DNA from: an uncultured Nitrososphaerales archaeon
Lineage (GTDB): Archaea > Thermoproteota > Nitrososphaeria > Nitrososphaerales > Nitrososphaeraceae
NCBI GenBank assembly: GCA_963695855.1
Contig: CAVOHZ010000010.1
Span: 1,408,001-1,472,000, forward strand
Direction: 5' to 3'
Length of the DNA stretch: 64,000 nucleotides
Part shown: in pieces, positions 43,450 through 53,796 of the stretch
How positions within the stretch are numbered: the stretch's first letter is position 1
Layout of the letters: each line of letters starts with the position of its first letter
Program-made: the position numbers and the translations under genes
The notes under the pieces: generated by a model
What the model was told of the DNA's origin: nothing
Seen by the model: only the letters and a program-made list of their open reading frames with translations
The model's database searches: none

Positions 43450-43908
43450 TTGACAGACCAAAAATTATCTGAACAATATGAAGAAAGAGAAGAAAATATA
43501 AATCAGTTTATGATCGATGATATGAATTGTAAATGTTGTCCAGTTTTTAATACGCTCAATATCATAGGAAAAAAATTCACAACATTGCTATTACGTAATA
43601 TGATTTTTCTAAAACAAAAAAGATTCAGTGAGTTCCTTAATTCCATAGAGGAGATTAATCCAAAGACATTGTCTATTCGACTTAAAGAAATGGAAAGAGA
43701 AGGCCTAATAAAACGAGAAGTATTTAATGAAACTCCTGTAAGAATAGAATACTACTTGACTGAAAAGGGAAAAGCATTACAACCAATACTGACGCAAATG
43801 GCATTATTTTCCATAAAATATTGTGGTCAACAAGTATTTGATAACCCTGATCCTAACAAGATAAATAAAATAAATTCAAAATCCCTTAATAAATATATGA
43901 CCACGTAA
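43450..43908 (+). CDS. HxlR-family winged-helix regulator
   Basis: CPVFNTLNIIGKK, RFSEF, KTLSIRLKEME and RIEYYLTEKG motifs. Confidence 0.9.
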   Translation: MTDQKLSEQYEEREENINQFMIDDMNCKCCPVFNTLNIIGKKFTTLLLRNMIFLKQKRFSEFLNSIEEINPKTLSIRLKEMEREGLIKREVFNETPVRIEYYLTEKGKALQPILTQMALFSIKYCGQQVFDNPDPNKINKINSKSLNKYMTT

Positions 43909-44117
43909 ATAACCATATCCTTAAATTTTTAGTTCTTTTTTTATTAATCAAATTTTCATGTTCTGTTAATTTTTTAACTATCTATTGAAATTTGTCATAA
44001 ACAGAACGTTAACGTGCATTGAATGCAACTCTGTATTTGTACTTTTTCTCGGTCTACGCAATTTACATAAATCACTGGCAATTTTTAGAAATGAAATTAA
44101 ATTATGTGTTTGTGTAA

Positions 44118-44151
44118 AATTGAATTGAATTGAATTGAATTGAATTGAATT
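44118..44151. repeat. (AATTG)n microsatellite
   Basis: Six full units plus AATT. Confidence 0.95.
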
Positions 44152-44524
44152 CAACAATTTGATACATGTCACAAATATAAAGAAAAAGAGTATCCCCATG
44201 CATTAGAGATGAGACTGTTATTCAGATTAATATTCAACAATTCTGTTATCTTGTTGTATCGAACAGGTATGTCGTTATGTGCTGAGAATACACATGTTAC
44301 GGGACACAGAAATATGTTTGGCAATTACCATTTATTCATTCATTGGTTGAAAAATATTGAAAATATACTGTATAAGATAAAGGTAAAAAGTATCTGAGGC
44401 TTACAATGTAATGGGATTAAAACTTGCTCACAATCCTAAATTGAGCAAAGTTTGATGGAAAGAATTATCCAAAATTTCAAAAAATAAAACGTACCTTTTT
44501 TATTTATAATTTTCAGTATACCTT

Positions 44525-45658
44525 ATGCAAATTCTTTTTACAGGTGATGTTATGCTAGGTAGACTTGTAAATGAAGTTCTTGCAAATTCTAAATTTACTT
44601 ATGTATGGGGAAATACCATAGACATTATCAAGAGAGCAGATTTTTCTCTTATAAATTTAGAATGCGCGATATCCTCAAGGGGAAAAGAATGGAATAAGAC
44701 ATTCAAAGTATTCCATTTTCGTGCTAATCCTGATGCCATTAAAGTTTTGAATTCTGCCTCTATTGATTATACATCTCTTGCAAATAATCATGTATTAGAT
44801 TATGACTTTGAAGCGTTACTAGATACTATTAATTTTCTGAACGAGAATAATATTTCTCATTCTGGCGCAGGTATGAATTTAAAAGAAGCTATGAAGGCCG
44901 CTTTCATAGAAAAGAAAATAAAACCACACTCAAATAATATTGATTCTTATCATGATGACGCCGACTATGAACAAGTCAACAATAATAATATCAAAAATAC
45001 TATAAGAATTGCAGTAATTTCTTTAACTGATAATGAGCCAGAATGGGAAGCAAAAGGTGACTCTGCTGGGATAAATTATATTCCAATATCATTGGATCCC
45101 GAAGAATATTATCATAGACTTAAAAGATGTATTGAGGAAGCTAGAAGAGAATCAGATTTACTTATTGTCTCGTCTCACGTTGGACCTCACTTCAGAGAAA
45201 CACCTTCTACTCAATACGTAAATCTTGCACACAAAATAATAGATTTCGGTGCTGACATATATTGGGGGCACAGTAACCATATGCCCCAAGGAATCGAGAT
45301 TTATAAACCAAATAATAATAAGAATAATAAAATAATATTATATGACTGTGGAGATTTTATAGATGATTATGCTATAGATTCTTATTACAGAAATGACTTG
45401 TCATTTATTTTTATATTGCATTTTAATCTGGATAGGAATTATCAATTTTCAAATAGCAGAGATAAAGGCAACATACTATTACCAAATGGCATAATTGAAC
45501 TTATTCCTACGAAGATAAGCAACTTCAAGGTTAACACTATTTCAGCAGACGATAAAGATGCTGATCTAATAATAGACAGAATGGTCAAAAGATGTTCAAA
45601 TTTAGGGACAAAATGTTTTATAGATGAAAAGAAAAAAAGAATAATAATATTTCTTTAA
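44525..45658 (+). CDS. CapA-family (PGA_cap) metallophosphoesterase
   Basis: GDVMLGR, NLE, LANNHVLDY, GHSNH and GDFIDDY motifs. Confidence 0.9.
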   Translation: MQILFTGDVMLGRLVNEVLANSKFTYVWGNTIDIIKRADFSLINLECAISSRGKEWNKTFKVFHFRANPDAIKVLNSASIDYTSLANNHVLDYDFEALLDTINFLNENNISHSGAGMNLKEAMKAAFIEKKIKPHSNNIDSYHDDADYEQVNNNNIKNTIRIAVISLTDNEPEWEAKGDSAGINYIPISLDPEEYYHRLKRCIEEARRESDLLIVSSHVGPHFRETPSTQYVNLAHKIIDFGADIYWGHSNHMPQGIEIYKPNNNKNNKIILYDCGDFIDDYAIDSYYRNDLSFIFILHFNLDRNYQFSNSRDKGNILLPNGIIELIPTKISNFKVNTISADDKDADLIIDRMVKRCSNLGTKCFIDEKKKRIIIFL

Positions 45659-45959
45659 TTAAAAACATAACATAATGATATACTAATAATAAATCTTTAA
45701 TTTGATATTAGCTACACTATTATTAGTACTTTTTGCTTGTTTATTTTTTATTGTCAGAAATTTGTATCAATAACATTTAACTTCTCTACTATTGAATCCA
45801 CTTAATAGTCTACTATGAAATTATTAACTGGAGAAGAAATTATTTCTAGCTAATAAAATCAAAAATTCAAGAAATGAGATATTAATAGTTCTCATATATG
45901 GTTCATATCTTAACAATCTCCTAAATTCATTCTGGAAACAAGTTAAATTAATAAAAAAC

Positions 45960-46385
45960 TTACAATTTCTTTGATAATTTTTTAGAACGTATTTCAGAAA
46001 GATTTTTGATACTAAAAAATATCAATAACGCTTGTAAAATATATCCACCAAGTATCAGTACTATTGCATTTAATGGTTTAGAAAATGTTAACATCAAATT
46101 TACATGCGGAGGAGCAAGGGTATTACCAACTATTACTAGCACTGATATTGGTATACATGCATACAATGCTTTTGTATATCCTTTCCATAAAAGAATAGAC
46201 AGGATAACAAATGATAGTTCCAACCCGATTGCCCTATAAATGAACTTTGGATTTCCTATTGGAATAGCAATTAAACCAATAATAATTATGGAAAATATGA
46301 TTGCTAGTGTTGTTTTTTTGTAGTCAATATACATATAGATTATAAAAAGATAAATCAATAAACGCAAATTTAAGTCTAATAACAA
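45960..46385 (-). CDS. Hypothetical membrane protein (~4 TM)
   Basis: Hydrophobic segments; the start may lie downstream (MYID...). Confidence 0.65.
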   Translation of the reverse strand: MLLDLNLRLLIYLFIIYMYIDYKKTTLAIIFSIIIIGLIAIPIGNPKFIYRAIGLELSFVILSILLWKGYTKALYACIPISVLVIVGNTLAPPHVNLMLTFSKPLNAIVLILGGYILQALLIFFSIKNLSEIRSKKLSKKL

Positions 46386-46918
46386 AGCTTTCTTTTATTA
46401 CTATCATGTAAAGCATTTGATATAGTAATATACTTTTTCCTAAAATTTCCATGACAAGTGAGATTAGAAAATGAAATTTATGGAAGAAAACAGATCCCAA
46501 ATTACTTCTCATATTCGGAGCCATCAGTTACGTTCCTTTTGTACGGGTCTCGGATATATCAAAAAACATAATGATAAATAAATTATATTTTTCATTGGAC
46601 TGTTATATTACTATTCTAGAGAATGGGTATTAACACCTTGCATATACATTCTCTAGATAGTATGGATTTGATTCCAAAATAATCTTTGGATTTTATTTAT
46701 TATAGTTTGCTACAACTAATTCTATAACAATTTAAAATGAGAATTACTAATCTGTCAAACCTAGTTTCATCTGTTAGAGTACTTATGCCCTAGCTCTTGA
46801 TAACTCGAAACGATTTAAGTCCATCTTTCAATAGCACTTTTATTATCAATACATCAGTATCCGTAAGTATGAATGCCGTTTTTATAAAATAGATGTATGT
46901 ATTTTCTATATATCATGT

Positions 46919-46932
46919 TTTACAAATGTAAA
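46919..46932. promoter_or_regulatory. cop-box-like palindrome upstream of copA
   Basis: TTTACA-AA-TGTAAA contains TACAnnTGTA and lies just upstream of the TATA-like CTTATA (46941-46946). Confidence 0.55.
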
Positions 46933-46970
46933 GTCTAGTACTTATACATGTATTTGTTTATTACTACAGT

Positions 46971-49172
46971 ATGGCAAAAGATCCAATATGTGGAATGTTT
47001 GTTGAAGAAACAAACGGTTCAATTCAACACACAATAGATAAAAAAAAATATTATTTCTGTAGTAATCAATGTTTAGATGAATTTATTCAGCCTGAAAAAG
47101 AACTTAAAAAACTCAAGTTTCATGTTGCGATAAGTATAGCTCTAACCATTCCTATCGTATTATTTTCACTCCCCCATATGTTTCCGACACAATTTGTCAA
47201 CCTGTTTCCCATGGAAATTATGCACAACAGCAAATACATAATGCTAGCACTGGCTACACCATTACAGTTCTGGATAGGCTGGAGATTTTATAGAGGATTT
47301 TGGGACGGGATTAAAGCGAAGGCATCAAACATGGATACATTGATAGCTATAGGGACAACTGCTGCATATTTATACAGTGCAATTGTTTCAATTGTTCCAT
47401 CATATTTTCCGTTTGAATCTGTATATTTTGAGACGGCTGCAATTATAATCACATTGATCCTAATAGGAAGATTATTAGAATCAAGAACCAAAGAGAAGGC
47501 ATCTAGTGCTGTAAGAAAATTGTTAGATTTACAACCAAGGATGGCTAAAGTAATAACAGAGGACGGTACAGAAATCGAGATCCCGATAGAACAAATTCAA
47601 GAAGGGCAAACTATTATTGTCAAACCAGGAGAAAAAGTACCTACAGATGGAATGGTAATAGAAGGTGCATCATCTATTGATGAATCAGCAATTACAGGTG
47701 AAAGTATACCTGTAGAGAAATCAATAGGAAGTGATGTAATAGGGGCAACAATTAACAAGAATGGATTGCTAAAAGTAAAAGCAACAAAAGTTGGACAAGA
47801 TACAGTACTTTCCCAAATCATTACATTGGTAGAAGAGGCAAGAACCGGTAAAGCTCAGATACAAAAGATGGTTGATCAGGTTGCAAAATATTTTGTGCCC
47901 GCTATTATAATAATAGCTTTAGGAGTATTCGTTGGATGGTACTTTATGGGTGATGCTGGCTTAACTTATTCGTTACTTGCATTTGTGTCTGTAATGATTA
48001 TTGCATGTCCTTGCGCATTGGGTATTGCTACTCCCGCAGCTCTTATGATGGGTTCCGGCAAGGCTGCTGAAAATGGTATATTGTTTAAAGGGGGCGAATA
48101 CTTGGAAATTGCAAAAAAGGTAAGAACTATTGTATTTGACAAGACAGGAACATTAACTACTGGAAAACCATCTGTTACCAATATTATCGACATATCCGGA
48201 ATTGGTAAAAATGAACTTCTCAGGTTGGCGGCTATCGCAGAATCAGGGTCAGAGCATCCTTTAGGTCAAGCTGTAGTAAGAAAGGCAAAAGAAGAAGGAA
48301 TTATTGTTTCAAATCCAGAATCATTTGAAGCAGTATCAGGGCATGGACTCAAAGCAACATATTCTGATCATGTCATTATAATAGGCAACAGAAAACTTTT
48401 AACTGAAAATAACATATCATGTGAAAGAAGCGATCTCATTTTAAGAGAATTTGAAGAGGAAGGAAAAACTGCTATCGTAGTTGCTATCGATAACAAGCTA
48501 TCAGGAATTATTGCTATTGCAGACACTATTAAGGAAAATGCAAAAGAAGCTATTGATCTATTAAAATCTCAAGGAATGGAAGTTATAATGCTTACAGGAG
48601 ACAATGAAAGAACTGCAAAAACAATTGCTTCAAAACTTGGAATAACAAAAGTAATAGCTCAAGTTATTCCACAACAGAAAGAAGACGTAGTTGCCAAGCT
48701 AAGGTCAGAAGGAAAAGTTGTTGCCATGGTTGGAGATGGAATTAACGATGCGCCTGCATTGGCAAGAGCAGATTTGGGAATTGCAATTGGTTCTGGAACA
48801 GATGTAGCTAAAGAGACAGGTGGAATCATACTGATAAAGAATGATTTAATGGATGTTGTTACAGCGTTGGAACTAGGAAGAAAAACAGTCTCTAAAATAA
48901 AACAGAACTTATTTTGGGCATTCGTCTATAATACAGGTTTAATCCCTATTGCAGCAGGAGTATTAGTTCCATTTCTTGGGTTAGGAATTTTCGGATGGCT
49001 TCCAATGCTTGCAGGATTAGCAATGGCTATGAGCTCTGTAACAGTAGTTGGAAACTCTCTATTGCTTGGAAGATACAAGCCAAGCTCCTTTGTTAAAAAA
49101 TCTAAAACAATGTTACATAACTCCAAAAAATATAATTTAATTGAAGTAACTGATGTGATTCATAATAGGTAA
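46971..49172 (+). CDS. copA: Cu(I)-translocating P1B-type ATPase with N-terminal YHS/TRASH domain
   Basis: DPICGM..YFCS..C, TGES, CPC, DKTGT, SEHP, GDGINDAP, YN and MAMSS motifs. Confidence 0.93.
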   Translation: MAKDPICGMFVEETNGSIQHTIDKKKYYFCSNQCLDEFIQPEKELKKLKFHVAISIALTIPIVLFSLPHMFPTQFVNLFPMEIMHNSKYIMLALATPLQFWIGWRFYRGFWDGIKAKASNMDTLIAIGTTAAYLYSAIVSIVPSYFPFESVYFETAAIIITLILIGRLLESRTKEKASSAVRKLLDLQPRMAKVITEDGTEIEIPIEQIQEGQTIIVKPGEKVPTDGMVIEGASSIDESAITGESIPVEKSIGSDVIGATINKNGLLKVKATKVGQDTVLSQIITLVEEARTGKAQIQKMVDQVAKYFVPAIIIIALGVFVGWYFMGDAGLTYSLLAFVSVMIIACPCALGIATPAALMMGSGKAAENGILFKGGEYLEIAKKVRTIVFDKTGTLTTGKPSVTNIIDISGIGKNELLRLAAIAESGSEHPLGQAVVRKAKEEGIIVSNPESFEAVSGHGLKATYSDHVIIIGNRKLLTENNISCERSDLILREFEEEGKTAIVVAIDNKLSGIIAIADTIKENAKEAIDLLKSQGMEVIMLTGDNERTAKTIASKLGITKVIAQVIPQQKEDVVAKLRSEGKVVAMVGDGINDAPALARADLGIAIGSGTDVAKETGGIILIKNDLMDVVTALELGRKTVSKIKQNLFWAFVYNTGLIPIAAGVLVPFLGLGIFGWLPMLAGLAMAMSSVTVVGNSLLLGRYKPSSFVKKSKTMLHNSKKYNLIEVTDVIHNR

Positions 49173-49732
49173 AATACAAATATAAAAAATTTTTTCTAAA
49201 TGATTATCTATATGAGGATTTCCTTACAAATTTGTATCCAGATCAGATTTTTCCAATTTTTCTTTAATCGCCTCCTTTGATATCAATGATGAATTGTATT
49301 GCACTATTACACTATCCGTCATGTAATCTAGATCTATTCTCTTAATTCCTTTCTCGTTCTTGAGTTGCTTTTCTACTATTGGTTTACAACTAACACAATA
49401 CATTCTGACAATTCTAAATAATGCTTTGTCGATCTACATTTTATTGAAATTGAATATGGATAGAATTAGTTTGGTAATAAAATTTTTTTAGATCGATCTG
49501 TTTTGCGTCCATACCACAATAATTATTCAATGCTATTTCCATAATAAATCAGATTCTTAAGTATTATAACATGATAGAATAAACTTTATTTTCTTTTTTT
49601 GGCATCTAAGAACTTGGAAATGTCATAGTAAAATCCATATTTAACATCAAATATCGATTAATTTCTCCCAAAAGACAGACGCACATAGGTATTCAAAACC
49701 TTTTATTGATGGACACAGAAATAAATTAATAA

Positions 49733-50710
49733 ATGGATCTACAAAATTTTAAGAGTCTATACTTAATAGCTATAAATCAAGGAAATACAAAAATTGTATA
49801 CACATTATTACTATTTGCTGTAGCTGGATTATTGTTCATTCACGGTAATATCAATAATTTCGATTATGTCTATGGACAAAAAGAGGATATTATAATTAAT
49901 ACAACGAAATTGACCGATAATATCTACATGCTCCAAGGATCAGGAGGAAATATTTTAGTCTCAGTAGGACAAGATGGAACCTTTATTGTAGATGATCAAT
50001 TTGCACCTCTTACTGTAAAAATTAAAGATGCAATTTCGAAGATAACTGATAAAGCTATAGAGTTTGTAATTAATACACACTGGCATCCAGACCATACGGG
50101 AGGAAATGAGAATCTTGGAGAAGCCGGAGCAATAATAGTGTCACATGATAACGTAAGAAAGCGTCTCAGTACAGAACAATTCTCCGATTTCTTCAAACGA
50201 TCGGTTTCACCTTTGTCTGAAAAAGGATTACCAATTATTACATTCTCAGATAACATGACAATCTATCAAAATGGGGAGGAAATAAGGATAATCCATATGG
50301 ATAATGGTCACACGGATGGTGACTCCGTAGTCTATTTTCCAAATAGTAACGTAATTCATGTTGGAGATGACTTTAGTGACAAGTCATTTCCGTTCATAGA
50401 TATATCAAGTGGTGGATCAATAGACGGATTGATCGCTTCATTGAAAATGATATCGTCAATAATTAATGATCAGACTAAGGTTGTTTCTGGACATACTGGA
50501 ATATCAAACAAGACCAAAGTTATTGATTTTGAAAATATGTTAACAGAAGTACGTAACCAGATAAGTCAAATGATAAATGATGGAAAATCTTTACAGGATA
50601 TTATTAATGCACAACCAACATCCAACTATGAGAAAATCTATTATGACTATACCTCAATAAAGCCAGAAGACTTTGTGACACATACATATCAGAGTCTTAC
50701 AAAAGAATAA
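49733..50710 (+). CDS. MBL-fold metallohydrolase (cyclase-like) with N-terminal anchor
   Basis: THWHPDHTGGN, GHTDGD and SGH motifs. Confidence 0.88.
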   Translation: MDLQNFKSLYLIAINQGNTKIVYTLLLFAVAGLLFIHGNINNFDYVYGQKEDIIINTTKLTDNIYMLQGSGGNILVSVGQDGTFIVDDQFAPLTVKIKDAISKITDKAIEFVINTHWHPDHTGGNENLGEAGAIIVSHDNVRKRLSTEQFSDFFKRSVSPLSEKGLPIITFSDNMTIYQNGEEIRIIHMDNGHTDGDSVVYFPNSNVIHVGDDFSDKSFPFIDISSGGSIDGLIASLKMISSIINDQTKVVSGHTGISNKTKVIDFENMLTEVRNQISQMINDGKSLQDIINAQPTSNYEKIYYDYTSIKPEDFVTHTYQSLTKE

Positions 50711-51067
50711 ATGCATGATAATATTTCCCCTTTTTTGATTATTTATTATTAATATAGTGAATATTCTATTTCCAAGAAATATTTTATTTTAATAAGTAAA
50801 TAATTAGAATTATTAATCTCACTTTATAGCAGATTGAAAATGATAGTACTTCATCTATAGTTTTTTAATATTTCCATCAAAAATTATAGAGAATATTTCA
50901 AAAAAGTTACCAAAAAAGACTGATATTAGTTTACGGATCCTAATAACATTTCATACTCGGAATCTTCCAGACTATATACCAGAGTAACAACTTCTTTATT
51001 GATTTTAACTTGTATAATATTATTGCATGAGTATTCATACAGTAATATGACAAGTCATTGATAACAG

Positions 51068-51622
51068 CTACTTATACTCTTCTTTTACGTCATTTCTATG
51101 ATTCTGAATTAGTTTGTGTAGTTTCGGATTAATAACAAAAGTACAATATGGAGCATCCTTATGTTTTTCATAATAATCTATGTGATAATCTTCTGCAACA
51201 AAAAAATTGATAAAAGGAGTAATTTCTGTTACAATTGGATCTTTGTAAACATTTTCTTTTTCAAGATTTGTTTTTGATTTTTCTGCGATCTGTTTCTGCT
51301 TTTCATCATGATAAAATATTGCGGAACGGTATTGAGTGCCTACATCGTTACCTTGCCTATTCAAAGTGGTAGGATCATGTGTACGCCAGAAAATATCGAG
51401 TATTTTTTCAAAAGTTATAACATTCGGATCAAATTCTATCTGAATGGACTCTGCATGACCTGACCTACCAGTGCACACCTGCTCATAAGAAGGATTTTTT
51501 AATGTTCCTCCAGCATATCCAGGTAGAATATTTTTTACACCTTTGATTTTTTTAAATATTGCTTCTGTACACCAAAAACATCCGTTGGCAAGTGTTGCTA
51601 TTTCAGTTTTATTGTTATTCAT
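51068..51622 (-). CDS. msrA: Peptide-methionine (S)-S-oxide reductase
   Basis: GCFWC, HDPT, QYRSAIF and AEDYH motifs. Confidence 0.95.
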   Translation of the reverse strand: MNNNKTEIATLANGCFWCTEAIFKKIKGVKNILPGYAGGTLKNPSYEQVCTGRSGHAESIQIEFDPNVITFEKILDIFWRTHDPTTLNRQGNDVGTQYRSAIFYHDEKQKQIAEKSKTNLEKENVYKDPIVTEITPFINFFVAEDYHIDYYEKHKDAPYCTFVINPKLHKLIQNHRNDVKEEYK

Positions 51623-52004
51623 TTTTTACTTTTGGCAACTCCTTGTCATTTTTGAGAAAACGTATGGATAATGAATTGACACATTCCCGTCTGTTTTTGT
51701 CTGTCAAATTTTCTCCAAGAAATTCATGTCCTAAATGCCCTCCACAATTTGCACATTCTATTTCTGTTCTTATTCCATCAGGATCAGGGACGTGCCTTAT
51801 TGCATTCGGGAAATATGCATCAAAGCTCGGCCAACCACATCCAGAATTAAACTTGCTTTTTGATGAAAAGAGAGGAGCATTACATCTTCTACATATATAC
51901 GTTCCATCTTCGTAAAAATTGTCATACTCGCCAATGAAAGGAGGTTCCGTTGCTTTATCTAATATGACTCTTTCCTCTTCTGAGTTTAGTTTATTGTAGT
52001 CCAT
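51615..52004 (-). CDS. msrB: Methionine (R)-S-oxide reductase
   Basis: CRRC, SGCGWPSF, CANC, GHLGH and CVNS motifs; overlaps the msrA start. Confidence 0.95.
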   Translation of the reverse strand: MDYNKLNSEEERVILDKATEPPFIGEYDNFYEDGTYICRRCNAPLFSSKSKFNSGCGWPSFDAYFPNAIRHVPDPDGIRTEIECANCGGHLGHEFLGENLTDKNRRECVNSLSIRFLKNDKELPKVKNE

Positions 52005-52452
52005 ATTATTAACTTCCTAGACAAATTTTTGAACCTTCCGATTTCAGATTCTATTTTGTAATGTAATTGACATGATTTTCATGACCGAATTAGTAATAGA
52101 ATAATATCAATATTCATTAAACAAGGTGAATATAACAAAAAATTGTTGTGTGCCATATTTAAGATCTAGAATTTTCGTCTTTACAATTTTCGAAAGCTCC
52201 AATAGCTACATAATCTCTTTATATCTTTATTCCACAAATCGAGTTGAACGAAACTAATAAGAAAAAAGAAAAAGAGTGGATGTCTTAACCTGTTTCGAAT
52301 TTCTAATATATTATAATTCATCTAAGAATTTAAATTATTAAAATAGTATGTTACCTAAACATAGGATAATTAGTATTTGAAATGTTCTTATATTATCTAG
52401 CAATGATAAGCTGATTTTCCCTATCATAAAAAAAGAAATTCTAGAATCTCCA

Positions 52453-52752
52453 ATGTATTCAAGTAAAGTACTTAAATACTCTAATATATATTGTCTATCA
52501 AACATGATAAATAATTCGGTAAAAAAAGAAAAATCGTATTCTGAAGACAAGAACTTAAGTAGCTATAAAAAAGTGATTAAAGGAAAAGAACTTGACCAAA
52601 TAGAGGAATTGAGTATCAAAATTGATTTATTAGTGGAATTATTATCAGAAAAAGGAATTATAAATAAAAAAGGATATACCAACAATTTGATGATGCGTTT
52701 ACATCAAACATCTAAGGCAAAAACCTTTGAGGAAATGGAAGAAGAAATATAG
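52453..52752 (+). CDS. Hypothetical protein (start probably downstream)
   Basis: LLVELLSEKGII helical segment. Confidence 0.5.
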   Translation: MYSSKVLKYSNIYCLSNMINNSVKKEKSYSEDKNLSSYKKVIKGKELDQIEELSIKIDLLVELLSEKGIINKKGYTNNLMMRLHQTSKAKTFEEMEEEI

Positions 52753-53138
52753 CTAAGTCCAGTATAAACAAGCAGGTTATTTTCCTTCTTCACATTAATT
52801 CTTGTAACGATTCATTAGCCAAGATCAAGTAAATCCTTAATTGTTTTTTGATAAATAATAAAATAAAGTATAGGTTATTGACTTTATAATTTAATATAGT
52901 TTACAGTTTACTATAACTTAGTTTATTTCGTTATTGTATAAATAAAGTAAATGAAAAAATTTTAATGTTATGTTATTTAAATAAATATAAAGCAATTCAT
53001 AAATTAGTATTTATATTATTCATAAATAAGAGGAAAAGAATACAGTTAAATCATTTATTTTAATAAATCACACTTTTTATGGATTACAGTAGATATGGTA
53101 TAGTTACAGTAATATCCCTATAATTTTATAACTACTTC

Positions 53139-53471
53139 ATGAATGATGTAAACTACAAAGAGTTTAATAATGTTGTATTTTCACAAGATAAAAGCTTAGT
53201 ATTATTTTATGCAGATTGGTGTCCTTATTGTAAGAGCTTTAAACCAATTTTTGAATCAAAAGAAGATCCAGACAATCAAAATTATACATTCTATAGTGTG
53301 AAATTAAATGAGGAAGAAAATCCTCTTTGGGATGAATTTAATATAGATTCGGTTCCTACTATAATAGCATTTGAAAAAGATAAAATGGTTTCTCGCAGAA
53401 ATGCGAAAATGGGTATTGGATTATCGAAATCTGATATCGATTCAATACTCCTAGAATTAAAATGGAGTTAA
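53139..53471 (+). CDS. Thioredoxin-family protein
   Basis: FYADWCPYC and VPT motifs. Confidence 0.9.
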   Translation: MNDVNYKEFNNVVFSQDKSLVLFYADWCPYCKSFKPIFESKEDPDNQNYTFYSVKLNEEENPLWDEFNIDSVPTIIAFEKDKMVSRRNAKMGIGLSKSDIDSILLELKWS

Positions 53472-53796
53472 TTACAATCCCATTATATTTTAAATATAGA
53501 GATTACGTTTCAATATGATAACTATAAAATCTGAAGGAATTTTAATTATACTGGATTATAATAATCAAAAATTTAAAATTATATGCTACTTAGGATCTTT
53601 ATAAGTAGAATTTTAGGTCTCTTTTTGAGCTCTTACCTGTTGAATTTTGAGTGAATCAATTGACTATTTCTAAAAGTTTGAATATTTTGTATTACAGAGT
53701 TTTCGTTAATAATACATTGAAAAAAAATTGGTGGTTCAAATTCATGTACTCAAGTTAATCACTTCTCATTTTCTACATATGATTGATTTTTAGATT

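Noticed and set aside
43978-44199. ORF with NSIQF repeats
   Set aside because: Translation of the AATTG microsatellite
52896-53110. Recurrent TACAGT words upstream of thioredoxin
   Set aside because: Short, irregularly spaced and in very AT-rich DNA; not supportable without statistics
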